This document shows positions 28,089 to 36,849 of a stretch of 64,000 nucleotides of DNA, piece after piece. The stretch is from Dehalococcoidia bacterium (lineage in GTDB: Bacteria > Chloroflexota > Dehalococcoidia > Bin125). Within the stretch, counting starts at the first letter, position 1. Each line of letters starts with the position of its first letter. The stretch covers positions 2,816,001-2,880,000 of the forward strand of contig OY820591.1 of NCBI GenBank assembly GCA_963555985.3, given 5' to 3'. The position numbers were made by a program, and so were the translations under genes. A model generated the notes under the pieces. The model was not told the origin of the DNA. It did not search any database and worked only from the letters and a program-made list of their open reading frames with translations.

Positions 28089-29312
28089 ATGCCTGATCTG
28101 GTACTCAGCGAATTCGCCGGGGTGGCGATGCCCGACTGGATTGATGCGCTGTTGCGGATCATCTTCATCGTGGCGCTGATGACGATCAATGCGTTCGCGC
28201 TGATCTATCTGGAGCGGAAGATTCTGGCGCGCTGGCAGGCGCGGGTGGGGCCGACGCGGACGGGGCCGATCGGGACGCTGCAATCGATTGCGGACGCGCT
28301 GAAGCTGGTAACGAAGGAAGATGTGCGGCCGGTTACGGCGGATCGCTGGGCGTTTGAGCTTGCGCCCTACATCGCGTTCGTGCCGGTCTTCCTGATCTTC
28401 GTGCCGATGCCGTTCACGGAGACGTGGTTCATCCGCGACCTGAATTTGGGGTTGCTCTACGTGTTCGGAGTGCTGGGGTTGAACATCGTCGGGGTGGTGA
28501 TGGCGGCCTGGGGATCGGACAACAAGTATGCGCTGTTGGGCGGGGTGCGGGCGGCGGCGCAGGCGATCTCGTATGAGATTCCGATCCTGCTGATCATCGT
28601 CGCGGTGGTGATGGTGGCGGCCGGGCGGATGATGGCGGCGGACGGGGACGTGTCGCTGGCGATGAGCATCAACGGGATCGTCGGCGACCAGCGGACGACG
28701 CCCTACATCCTGTTGCAGCCGCTGGGCTTCGTGATTTTCCTGATTGGCGCACTGGCTGAGCTGCATCGACCGCCGTTCGACATGCCGATTGCCGAGTCGG
28801 AGGTCGTAGGCGGGTATTTCGTGGAGTACAGCGGGATGCGCTGGGGGATGTTCTTCCTGGCCGAGTACACGGCGCTGTTCTTGGTGGTGCTGCTGGCCTC
28901 GTCGCTGTTCCTGGGCGGCTGGAACTGGCCGTTTGGGACGGATTTGGGTCTGGGCTGGCAGATTGTGCTGACGTTAGTGAAGACGTCGGTGCTGATCGTG
29001 ATGGTGATCAGCTCGCGAGCGCTGTTCCCGCGTCTGCGGATTGACCAGCTGATGGCCTTCTCCTGGAAGGTGCTGCTGCCGTTCGCGATCGTGCAGGTGA
29101 TTGCGAACGGGATCATCCTCGCCTACGGCGGGCCGGATTGGGTGGTGGGTCTGGTCTCGTTTGCGCTCTTGGTGGCGCTCTCGGGGCTGGTGTTCGTGCT
29201 GATGCGTCAGCGGAAGGGCGAGGGCGCGCGCACTGTTTCGACCACGCCGGCCACGCCGCGCGTGATTACAGGCCGAGAAGCGACGCCGGTCGAAGCCGGC
29301 GGCGGCGACTAG
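28089..29312 (+). CDS. nuoH: NADH-quinone oxidoreductase subunit H
   Basis: ERK..Q.RVGP, DALKLVTKE, AQAISYE, PFDMPIAESE and PRLRIDQL. Confidence 0.97.
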   Translation: MPDLVLSEFAGVAMPDWIDALLRIIFIVALMTINAFALIYLERKILARWQARVGPTRTGPIGTLQSIADALKLVTKEDVRPVTADRWAFELAPYIAFVPVFLIFVPMPFTETWFIRDLNLGLLYVFGVLGLNIVGVVMAAWGSDNKYALLGGVRAAAQAISYEIPILLIIVAVVMVAAGRMMAADGDVSLAMSINGIVGDQRTTPYILLQPLGFVIFLIGALAELHRPPFDMPIAESEVVGGYFVEYSGMRWGMFFLAEYTALFLVVLLASSLFLGGWNWPFGTDLGLGWQIVLTLVKTSVLIVMVISSRALFPRLRIDQLMAFSWKVLLPFAIVQVIANGIILAYGGPDWVVGLVSFALLVALSGLVFVLMRQRKGEGARTVSTTPATPRVITGREATPVEAGGGD

Positions 29313-29331
29313 AGCGCGGAGAGGAGCCGAG

Positions 29332-29847
29332 GTGGACGACGGCGTAACCGCGACTCAGGTCGTGTTCTGGATTCTGGCGGTGGTGATGCTGCTCTCGGCG
29401 GTCGGCGTCGTGACGGCGGGGAACATCGTCTATGCGGCGCTGTTCTTCATCGCCTCGCTGGCGGGGGTCGCGGGGATCTATCTGATTCTGACGGTCGAGT
29501 TCATCGCGCTGGTGCAGCTGCTGATCTACGGCTCGGCGGTGGTGATTCTGATTCTGTTCGCACTGATGCTGACGCGGGCGCGGGAGCGGCCGCAGGCGCT
29601 GTTCGGGCGCAGCCGTCCGCTGGGGATCGCGGCCGCATTGGGTCTGCTGGCGGCGCTGATCGGCGGGATTGTGGCGACGACCTGGACGACGCCGGCGTCA
29701 TCGTCGGCGATTGAGCCGGTGGGACTGCAAGCGATTGGAGACGTGATTTTCACGGTCTGGATCGTGCCCTTCATCATCGTGGGGGTGCTGCTCTCGATTG
29801 CGCTCGACGGAGCAATCATGCTCGCGCAGCCGGACGAGGACGAATAG
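29332..29847 (+). CDS. nuoJ: NADH-quinone oxidoreductase subunit J
   Basis: EFIALVQLLIYGSAVVILILFALML; hydrophobic profile and position. Confidence 0.93.
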   Translation: MDDGVTATQVVFWILAVVMLLSAVGVVTAGNIVYAALFFIASLAGVAGIYLILTVEFIALVQLLIYGSAVVILILFALMLTRARERPQALFGRSRPLGIAAALGLLAALIGGIVATTWTTPASSSAIEPVGLQAIGDVIFTVWIVPFIIVGVLLSIALDGAIMLAQPDEDE

Positions 29848-30162
29848 ATGCCGGCGCTTGAACACATCCTGGTGGTCAACGCGATTCTGTTCGCCATCGG
29901 CGCGATGGGCGTGCTCACGCGCCGGAACGCGGTGCTGATTCTGCTCTCGGTGGAGCTGATGCTGAACGCGGTCTCGCTGAACATGGTCGCGTTCGCGGTC
30001 TACGGACACGTGGATTTCGGCAACATCACCGGGATCATTTTCGCCTTTTTCATCATCGTCGTGGCGGCGGCCGAAGTCGCGTTGGCGCTGGGGATCGTGG
30101 TGCGCACGTTCCGCAACCGCGCGACCGCCAACGTCGACGAAGTCGATTTGTTGAAGTGGTAG
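29848..30162 (+). CDS. nuoK: NADH-quinone oxidoreductase subunit K
   Basis: RRN...SVELMLNA and VAAAEVALAL. Confidence 0.96.
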   Translation: MPALEHILVVNAILFAIGAMGVLTRRNAVLILLSVELMLNAVSLNMVAFAVYGHVDFGNITGIIFAFFIIVVAAAEVALALGIVVRTFRNRATANVDEVDLLKW

Positions 30163-30171
30163 GGGGCGCTG

Positions 30172-32109
30172 ATGATCTGGGCTGATCATGCGTGGATTCT
30201 GCCGGCGATTCCGGCGATCGCGTTCGTGATTCTGTTCGCGTTCGGGCGCTATCTGCCGCGCGGGGGCGACTTCATCTCGGTGGGCGCGATCTTCGCCGTG
30301 TTCGTGCTGTTCTTCTTCGTGCTGGAGTCGCACCTGGACTGGTTGGGCGGCGGACTGGGCGGGATTCGCAACGTGGGCACGGACTGGATTCGGTTCGACG
30401 ACTTTGTGGTGCGGCTGGGCTTCACCGTGGACTCGATCGCGATGGTGATGGTGTTCGTGGTGGCGACGGTCGCGCTGATGGTGAATCTGTATTCGACGAG
30501 CTATCTGCGCCATCACGGGAAGCCGGAGCCGCGCTACTGGTGGTATTTCGCGGTGCTGTCGCTGTTTGTGGCGGCGATGCTGACGCTGGTGCTGGCGGAC
30601 AACCTGTTGCTGATGTTCGTCGCCTGGGAGGGCGTGGGGTTGTGCTCGTTCCTGCTGATCGGCTTTTACTACGAGCGGCGCTCGGCGGTTGAGGCGGCGA
30701 AGAAGGCGTTCGTGACCACGCGCCTGGGCGACGTAGGGCTCTTTATCGGGATCATTCTGTTCTGGCGGGCGACCGGCTCGTTCCAGATTTCGGACATCAT
30801 CGCCGCGGCCGAAGCGGGGCGGGTGAACGACCTGGCTCCGGTGATGGGCGACGGTTATCTGACGCTGGCGACGCTGATGGTGTTCCTGGGCGCGGCGGGG
30901 AAGTCGGCGCAGGTGCCGTTCCACGTCTGGCTGCCGGACGCGATGGAAGGCCCGACGCCGGTCTCGGCGCTGATTCACGCGGCGACGATGGTGGTGGCGG
31001 GGGTGTACCTGGTAGCTCGCTTGCTGCCGGTGTTCGAGGTCGCGGGCGGGGCGGCGAACGTGGTGCTGGCGGTTGGTCTGATTACGGCGCTGCTGGCGGG
31101 GATGATGGCGCTGGCGCAGAACGACATCAAGCGCGTGCTGGCGTATTCGACGGTGAGCCAGCTCGGGTTCATGTTCGTGGCCTTGGGCGTGGGCGCAGTG
31201 GGCGTGGCGATGTTCCACTTACTCACGCACGCCTTTTTCAAGGCGTGTCTGTTCTTGGGTTCCGGCTCGGTGATTCACATGACCGAGGAGCAAGACGCGC
31301 GGCGTCTGGGCGGTCTCTGGTGGCGAATGCCGGTGACGGCCTCGACCTTCATCATTTCCTCGGTGGCGCTGGCGGGGATTCCGCCCTTGAGCGGGTTCTT
31401 CTCCAAGGACGAGATCTTCATTGCGACGCTGGGCGGCGCGAACACGGCGGTGGCGATCCTGTTGGGCGTGGCCGCGTTCTTGTCGGCGCTGTATATGGCG
31501 CGGCTGGTGATCATCACGTTCTTCGGGCCGCCGAAGGTGATGGCGGTGATCCGGCGAGCGCGCGAGGCGGATCCGATCATCTTGTTCCCGCTGGTGTTCC
31601 TGACCGTGTTGACGTTCCTGGTGGGCTTCGTCGCTTTCGATCAGGTGGGCGACGCGCTTGGCTTCCCGGGCGGGATCAACAGCTACATCTACTTCCCGGA
31701 GCCGGAGAGCTTCCACTTCTCGAACTCGATTGCGGCGGTGACGGGGACGGTGTCGCTGCTGGGCTTCCTGACGGCGTGGTGGTTCTTCTGGGGCAAGAAC
31801 TCGCATCGGGCCGAGGCGGTGCGGCAGTTCCAGCCGCGCCTGGCGGCGGTGGTGGAGAACAAGTTCTACTTCGACGAGGCCTACCAATGGGCGATCGACC
31901 GCGCGGTCTTGCCGCTGGCGCGGGTGGTGGCCTGGTTCGACCGGATGGTAGTGAACGACACGGGGATCAACGCCCCGGCCGACGCAACGCGGTACGCGGC
32001 CTATTGGCTGCGCTACCACGTGACCGGACGCATACCCGACTACGCCCTGCTGATGGTGATCGGCGTGGCGTTGGCAGGAGGGCTCGCCTTCCTGCTGCGG
32101 GGCGGGTAG
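30172..32109 (+). CDS. nuoL: NADH-quinone oxidoreductase subunit L
   Basis: WEGVGLCSFLLIGF, GKSAQVPFHVWLPDAMEGPTPVSALIHAATMV and THAFFKA. Confidence 0.98.
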   Translation: MIWADHAWILPAIPAIAFVILFAFGRYLPRGGDFISVGAIFAVFVLFFFVLESHLDWLGGGLGGIRNVGTDWIRFDDFVVRLGFTVDSIAMVMVFVVATVALMVNLYSTSYLRHHGKPEPRYWWYFAVLSLFVAAMLTLVLADNLLLMFVAWEGVGLCSFLLIGFYYERRSAVEAAKKAFVTTRLGDVGLFIGIILFWRATGSFQISDIIAAAEAGRVNDLAPVMGDGYLTLATLMVFLGAAGKSAQVPFHVWLPDAMEGPTPVSALIHAATMVVAGVYLVARLLPVFEVAGGAANVVLAVGLITALLAGMMALAQNDIKRVLAYSTVSQLGFMFVALGVGAVGVAMFHLLTHAFFKACLFLGSGSVIHMTEEQDARRLGGLWWRMPVTASTFIISSVALAGIPPLSGFFSKDEIFIATLGGANTAVAILLGVAAFLSALYMARLVIITFFGPPKVMAVIRRAREADPIILFPLVFLTVLTFLVGFVAFDQVGDALGFPGGINSYIYFPEPESFHFSNSIAAVTGTVSLLGFLTAWWFFWGKNSHRAEAVRQFQPRLAAVVENKFYFDEAYQWAIDRAVLPLARVVAWFDRMVVNDTGINAPADATRYAAYWLRYHVTGRIPDYALLMVIGVALAGGLAFLLRGG

Positions 32110-32158
32110 CGGCCTGGTCGGGGCAACAGCGTGATGGTTGTAGAGAGAGGCGCGCCGC

Positions 32159-33676
32159 GTGGATGCTGGTGAAGCACTGCTCCTGCTGTTGCTGATTCCC
32201 GGCGCAGCGATGCTGCTCACGATCCTCGTGCCCTCGCGGCACGCGAATGTCGTGCGTTGGATCGCGCTGATCGCCACGACCGCGACGCTGATCGACTCGA
32301 TCTGGATCTTCGCCGTCTACGACTTCACGGAGGGCGGCTACCAGTTCGATCTCCAGTACCCGTGGATCGAGAACATCGCCTTCCTGGGCGAGAACGGGAT
32401 CTCGCTGCACCTGGCGGTGGACGGGATCGCGGCGCCGCTGGTCTTGCTGAACGGTCTGGTCGGGTTCGCGGGGGTGCTGGTCTCGTGGAAGATCACGCAT
32501 CGGGTGAAGGACTTCTTCATTCTCTTCATGGCGCTGTTCGCGGGCGTCTACGGGGTCTACATCGGCCAGGACCTGTTCTTCTGGTTCTTCGCCTATGAGC
32601 TGGCCGTGCTGCCGATGTACCTGTTGATCGTGATCTGGGGTTCGACCAACAAGGAATACGGCGCGATGAAGCTGACCATGGTTCTGGTCGGCGGATCGGT
32701 GCTGATTTTCGTGGGTATCTTCGCAGTCTTCGCAGAGGCGGGGGCGGGCACGTTCGACATGGCGGTGCTGCGGGAGATCAACTTTGATCGCGGATTTGCG
32801 AACACGTTCTTCCCGTTCTTCATGATCGGCTGCGGGGTGCTGGCGGGTTTATTCCCGTTCCATACCTGGTCGCCGGACGGCCATGTGGCCGCGCCGACGG
32901 CGGTCTCGATGCTGCACGCGGGTGTGTTGATGAAGCTGGGCGCGTTCGGGGTGATTCGGCTGGGGATGGAGATTCTGCCGGCCGGGACCGACTTCTGGAT
33001 GCCGGTGCTGCTGGTGCTGGGCGGGGTGGCGGCGGTCTACGGCGCGATCTCGGCGATCCACCAGACCGACCTCAAGTTTGTGATCGGTTACTCGTCGGTC
33101 TCGCATATGGGCTTCGTGCTGATGGGTTTGGGGACGATGAACAACATCGGCGTCAATGGCGCGGTGTTGCAGATGTTCTCGCACGGCGTGATGACCGCCC
33201 TCTTCTTCGCCATGGTGGGCGGCCTCTACGACCAGGCGCACACGCGCGATATCCGCGTGTTCGGCGGCCTGATCCGGAAGATGCCGCTGTTCGTGATCTT
33301 CTTCGGGATCGCGGGGCTGACCTCGCTCGGCTTACCCGGATTGTCGGGGTTCGTGGCGGAGTTTCACATCTTCGTGGGCGCGATCGACACGTTCCCGCTG
33401 TTTGCGGCGCTGGGAATCCTGTCCGCAGCGATCACCGCCGTCTACGTCCTGCGCTTGATGGGACGGGCAGCGCTGGGTCCGTTCAACCCGCGCTGGGAGA
33501 GTCTGCGCGACCTGAGCCGCTGGGAGATCGCGGCGGCGATTGTGCTGATTGCGCCGATCGTGGCGATGGGCGTGTGGCCGGACCCGTTCGTGGATCGGAT
33601 CGCGCCCTCGGTCGCGGCGCTGCCGCAGATCGAGGACATCTCCGGGATCGTCAGTTCCGGTTTAGCTGGGCGCTGA
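32159..33676 (+). CDS. nuoM: NADH-quinone oxidoreductase subunit M
   Basis: FPFHTWSPDGHVAAPT, LMKLGAFG, YSSVSHMG and GLPGLSGFVAE. Confidence 0.96.
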   Translation: MDAGEALLLLLLIPGAAMLLTILVPSRHANVVRWIALIATTATLIDSIWIFAVYDFTEGGYQFDLQYPWIENIAFLGENGISLHLAVDGIAAPLVLLNGLVGFAGVLVSWKITHRVKDFFILFMALFAGVYGVYIGQDLFFWFFAYELAVLPMYLLIVIWGSTNKEYGAMKLTMVLVGGSVLIFVGIFAVFAEAGAGTFDMAVLREINFDRGFANTFFPFFMIGCGVLAGLFPFHTWSPDGHVAAPTAVSMLHAGVLMKLGAFGVIRLGMEILPAGTDFWMPVLLVLGGVAAVYGAISAIHQTDLKFVIGYSSVSHMGFVLMGLGTMNNIGVNGAVLQMFSHGVMTALFFAMVGGLYDQAHTRDIRVFGGLIRKMPLFVIFFGIAGLTSLGLPGLSGFVAEFHIFVGAIDTFPLFAALGILSAAITAVYVLRLMGRAALGPFNPRWESLRDLSRWEIAAAIVLIAPIVAMGVWPDPFVDRIAPSVAALPQIEDISGIVSSGLAGR

Positions 33677-33679
33677 GGG

Positions 33680-35242
33680 ATGCCGATGGATCTCGAATAT
33701 GAACTGATCATCCCCGAGTTCATCATGGCCGGTTTGGCGGTCGTGGTGATTGCGGCTGCGTTGATGTTCCGCAACGTGGATCAGAAGTGGTTCGGCTACG
33801 CGACGGCGGTGGCGCTGGGGATCATCGCGCTGATTACGGCGATCGCGTACTGGGACACGAACGACGATTTTGCCAATGTGCTGGCGGTCGATCATTTCAC
33901 GGTGCTGTTCCGGGTGTTCTTCCTCGGGATCGCGATGTTCACGGTGCTGGCGGCGGTGCAGTTCGCCGGTGATCGGCTCAAGAATCATGCCGAGTTCTAC
34001 GGGCTGATCGTCTTTGCGACGCTGGGGATGATGCTGCTGGCGGCGTCGCGGGAGCTGTTGACGGCGTATCTGTCGTTGGAGTTGTTGTCGTTCTCGTTCT
34101 ACATCCTGGTCGGCTTCAACAAACTGAATCCCTTCTCGAACGAGGCCTCGCTGAAGTACATGCTGCTGGGCGCGTTCTCGTCAGCGTTGATGCTCTACGG
34201 GATCAGCCTGATTTACGGCGTGACCGGTACGACCACCTACAGCGGGATCGAGCCGGACGCGGTCGCGGCGGGCCGCAACATCGCCGACCAGTTGGCAGGG
34301 TTCGCGGGCGGCAGCGGCGGTGTGGATCCGGATGCGACGCGGCCCGGTCTGCTGATTGGGCTGGTGCTGATTACGGCCGGCTTGGGCTTCAAGGTTTCGG
34401 CAGTGCCGTTCCACCAGTGGACGCCGGACGCCTACCAGGGCGCGCCGCTGCCGATTACGGCGTTCCTGAGCGCCGGCGGCAAGGCGGCGGCGTTCGCGTT
34501 CTTCCTGCGGCTGTTCAGCGAGGCGTTCCTGCCGGCGGCGAACGAGTGGGTCTGGTTCGTGGCGATTCTGGCTGCGGTGACGATGATCACGGGCAACCTG
34601 ATGGCGCTGCAACAGACCAACTTCAAGCGGTTGATGGCGTACTCGTCGATCTCGCAGGTGGGATATCTCTTAGTCGGGATCGTGGCGCTGCACGCGGCCT
34701 CGGTCGCGCAGTCGCAGGAGGCGGCCTCTGCCCTGGTGCTGCACCTGATTGGCTACGTGACCACGAATATCGCGGTGTTCGCGGCGCTGATCGCGTTCTA
34801 CAACCGCAGCGGACGGGACGACATCATCGACGTGCGTGGTTTAGCGGAGCGTCAGCCGTTCCTGGCATTCACGATCGCGGCGGCGCTGTTCTCATTAGCC
34901 GGGATGCCGCTGTTCGCCGGCTTCGCGACCAAGTTCATCATCTTCCAGGCGGCCTTCAACAACGGCTTCCTCTGGCTGGGCGCGATTGGCGTGACCGCCT
35001 CATTCGTCTCGCTCTACTACTACCTGATGGTAATCAAGCAGATGTACCTGTACGAGCCGGAGGGTTCGGACCGGGAGCGGTTCCACATCTCGCGGCCGTT
35101 GGCGAGTGCGTTGGTGGTGTTGGTGGCCGGAGTGCTGTTCATCGGGCTGTACCCGACGCCGTTGTTCGATGTGATCCACGGCTCGACAGCGGGTCTGTTT
35201 GAGCAGGCGATTGAGGTGTCGGCGGCGGCGGTTGGGGAGTAG
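33680..35242 (+). CDS. nuoN: NADH-quinone oxidoreductase subunit N
   Basis: EASLKY, FKVSAVPFHQWTPDAYQGAP, KRLMAYSSI and SLAGMP. Confidence 0.97.
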   Translation: MPMDLEYELIIPEFIMAGLAVVVIAAALMFRNVDQKWFGYATAVALGIIALITAIAYWDTNDDFANVLAVDHFTVLFRVFFLGIAMFTVLAAVQFAGDRLKNHAEFYGLIVFATLGMMLLAASRELLTAYLSLELLSFSFYILVGFNKLNPFSNEASLKYMLLGAFSSALMLYGISLIYGVTGTTTYSGIEPDAVAAGRNIADQLAGFAGGSGGVDPDATRPGLLIGLVLITAGLGFKVSAVPFHQWTPDAYQGAPLPITAFLSAGGKAAAFAFFLRLFSEAFLPAANEWVWFVAILAAVTMITGNLMALQQTNFKRLMAYSSISQVGYLLVGIVALHAASVAQSQEAASALVLHLIGYVTTNIAVFAALIAFYNRSGRDDIIDVRGLAERQPFLAFTIAAALFSLAGMPLFAGFATKFIIFQAAFNNGFLWLGAIGVTASFVSLYYYLMVIKQMYLYEPEGSDRERFHISRPLASALVVLVAGVLFIGLYPTPLFDVIHGSTAGLFEQAIEVSAAAVGE

Positions 35243-35260
35243 TTCCCCCTGGTTCTCTTT

Positions 35261-35352
35261 CCGTCATACCCGCGCCTGCCGCGGGTATCTCGCCGCGTAC
35301 AGCACCGTCGCCCGCAGATCGAGATTGCCGCGACGGAGCGCGGCAATGACGG
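35261..35352. repeat. Type-A REP-like inverted doublet between convergent nuoN and the GS paralog
   Basis: CCGTCATACCCGCG..CGCGGGTATCTC, then a spacer, then GAGATTGCCGCG..CGCGGCAATGACGG. Confidence 0.85.
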
Positions 35353-35384
35353 AATTTTGCTTTGGATGGGTTTGACGGACGGCT

Positions 35385-36719
35385 TCAGAGCACGGGCAGG
35401 TAACGGCTGACCTCGAAGTCGGTGACGTGGGCGCGGTAGGACTCCCACTCGAGGCGCTTGTTTTCGAGGATGGTGGAGTGGACATAGTCGCCGAGCGCGG
35501 TTTGCATGAGTTTGCTGGCGGCGAAGGCGTCGATGGAGCGTCCGAGCGTGGTCGGCATCGCCTCGATGCCGCGCTCGACTCGTTGTTGGGGGGAGAGGTC
35601 GAAAACGTTGTCCTCGGCGGGTTCAGGCGGGATGAGGTTGGTCTCGATGCCGGCCAGTCCGGCGGCGAGCATGACGCTGAAGGCGAGGTAGGGGTTGGTG
35701 GCGGAGTCGGCGCCGCGATATTCGACGCGGGTCGCTTCGGGCCGCCCGGGGTGATATTCGGGGATGCGCACGAGGTCGGACTGATTGGCGCGGGACCAGG
35801 TGAGATAGACCGGCGCTTCGGTGCCTCTGGCGAGGCGCTTGTAGCTGTTGACCCACTGGTTGGTGATCAGGGTGAACTGGGGTGTGTGGTGGAGCAGTCC
35901 GGCCAGAAAGGAGCGGGCGGTGGGGCTGAGATGGGCGGGAGCGTTGTCGTCGTAGAAGAGGTTCCGTTCGTGCTCGAAGAGGGAGAGGTAGACATGCAAC
36001 CCGGAACCGTTGACGCCGTTGAGGGGTTTGGGCATGAAAGTCGCGTGGACGCCGTGTTTGATCGCGATCTCCTTAACTACGAGGCGGGTGGTCATCACCT
36101 GATCAGCCATCGTGAGGGCGTCGGTGTAGCGGAGGTCGATCTCGTGCTGGCTGGGCGCGGCTTCGTGGTGCGAGTATTCGACCGCGATGCCCATTTCCTC
36201 GAGCGTGAGCACGGTCTCGCGGCGCAGGTCGGAGGCGGTATCGAGCGGTGAGAGGTCGAAGTAGCCGCCGGCGTCGAGCGGCGTGGGATCGTCGGGCGAC
36301 TTGAAGTAGAAGTACTCGATCTGAGGGGCGACGTAGAAGGTGTAGCCGCGATCTTGAGCGGTTTCGAGCTGGCGGCGCAAGATGCGGCGAGGATCGCCCT
36401 CAAACGGTTCGCCGCTGCGGCGGTAGACGTCGCAGATCATGCGCGCGACGCGGTGCTGCTGTGGCCGCCAGGGGAGGATCACGAGCGTGTCGGGATCGGG
36501 CCGCGCCACCATGTCGGACTCGTCGTGACGGGCGAAGCCCTCGATCGAGGCGCCGTCGAATTCGAGGCCCTCTTCGAGCGCCTTGGGCAGCTCGTCGATC
36601 GTGATCGCGACGGACTTGAGCGAACCGAGCAGGTCGGTGAACCAGAGCCGGACGAACTTGACGTCGTGCTCGCGGCAGGCGTGGAGGACGTGTTGGAATT
36701 CGGATTCGCTGGGGTCCAT
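35385..36719 (-). CDS. Glutamine synthetase family protein (GSI-alpha/GlnA2-like) with substituted active-site residues
   Basis: VRLWFTDLLG, FDGASIEGF, HHE, QHEI, ATFMPKP, YKRL and RVEYR are present, but the sequence has PQIE, GLHVY and NQS where PE.E, G.H.H and NRS are expected. Start set at ATG 36719. Confidence 0.9.
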   Translation of the reverse strand: MDPSESEFQHVLHACREHDVKFVRLWFTDLLGSLKSVAITIDELPKALEEGLEFDGASIEGFARHDESDMVARPDPDTLVILPWRPQQHRVARMICDVYRRSGEPFEGDPRRILRRQLETAQDRGYTFYVAPQIEYFYFKSPDDPTPLDAGGYFDLSPLDTASDLRRETVLTLEEMGIAVEYSHHEAAPSQHEIDLRYTDALTMADQVMTTRLVVKEIAIKHGVHATFMPKPLNGVNGSGLHVYLSLFEHERNLFYDDNAPAHLSPTARSFLAGLLHHTPQFTLITNQWVNSYKRLARGTEAPVYLTWSRANQSDLVRIPEYHPGRPEATRVEYRGADSATNPYLAFSVMLAAGLAGIETNLIPPEPAEDNVFDLSPQQRVERGIEAMPTTLGRSIDAFAASKLMQTALGDYVHSTILENKRLEWESYRAHVTDFEVSRYLPVL

Positions 36720-36758
36720 GGCGGATTCCGTAGGGGGTGCGGGGGTTATCCCGCCGGA

Positions 36759-36833
36759 CCCCCCTCTGTCGCTCCGCGACATCTCCCCCCGCATTGCGGG
36801 GGAGAGAAGAGACTGAGCTTCGAGACAGGCTCC
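36759..36833 (+). repeat. Type-B REP-like element without insert, followed by a CTTCGAGACAGGCTC module
   Basis: CCCCCCTCTGTCGCTCCGCGACATCTCCCCCCGCATTGCGGGGGAGAGA between the two GS genes. Confidence 0.8.
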
Positions 36834-36849
36834 TTTGCGGGAGAGTGGC

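Noticed and set aside
36720-36794. N-terminal extension MRGEMSRSDRGG on the GS paralog
   Set aside because: It is a translation of the type-B repeat; ATG 36719 is the more plausible start.
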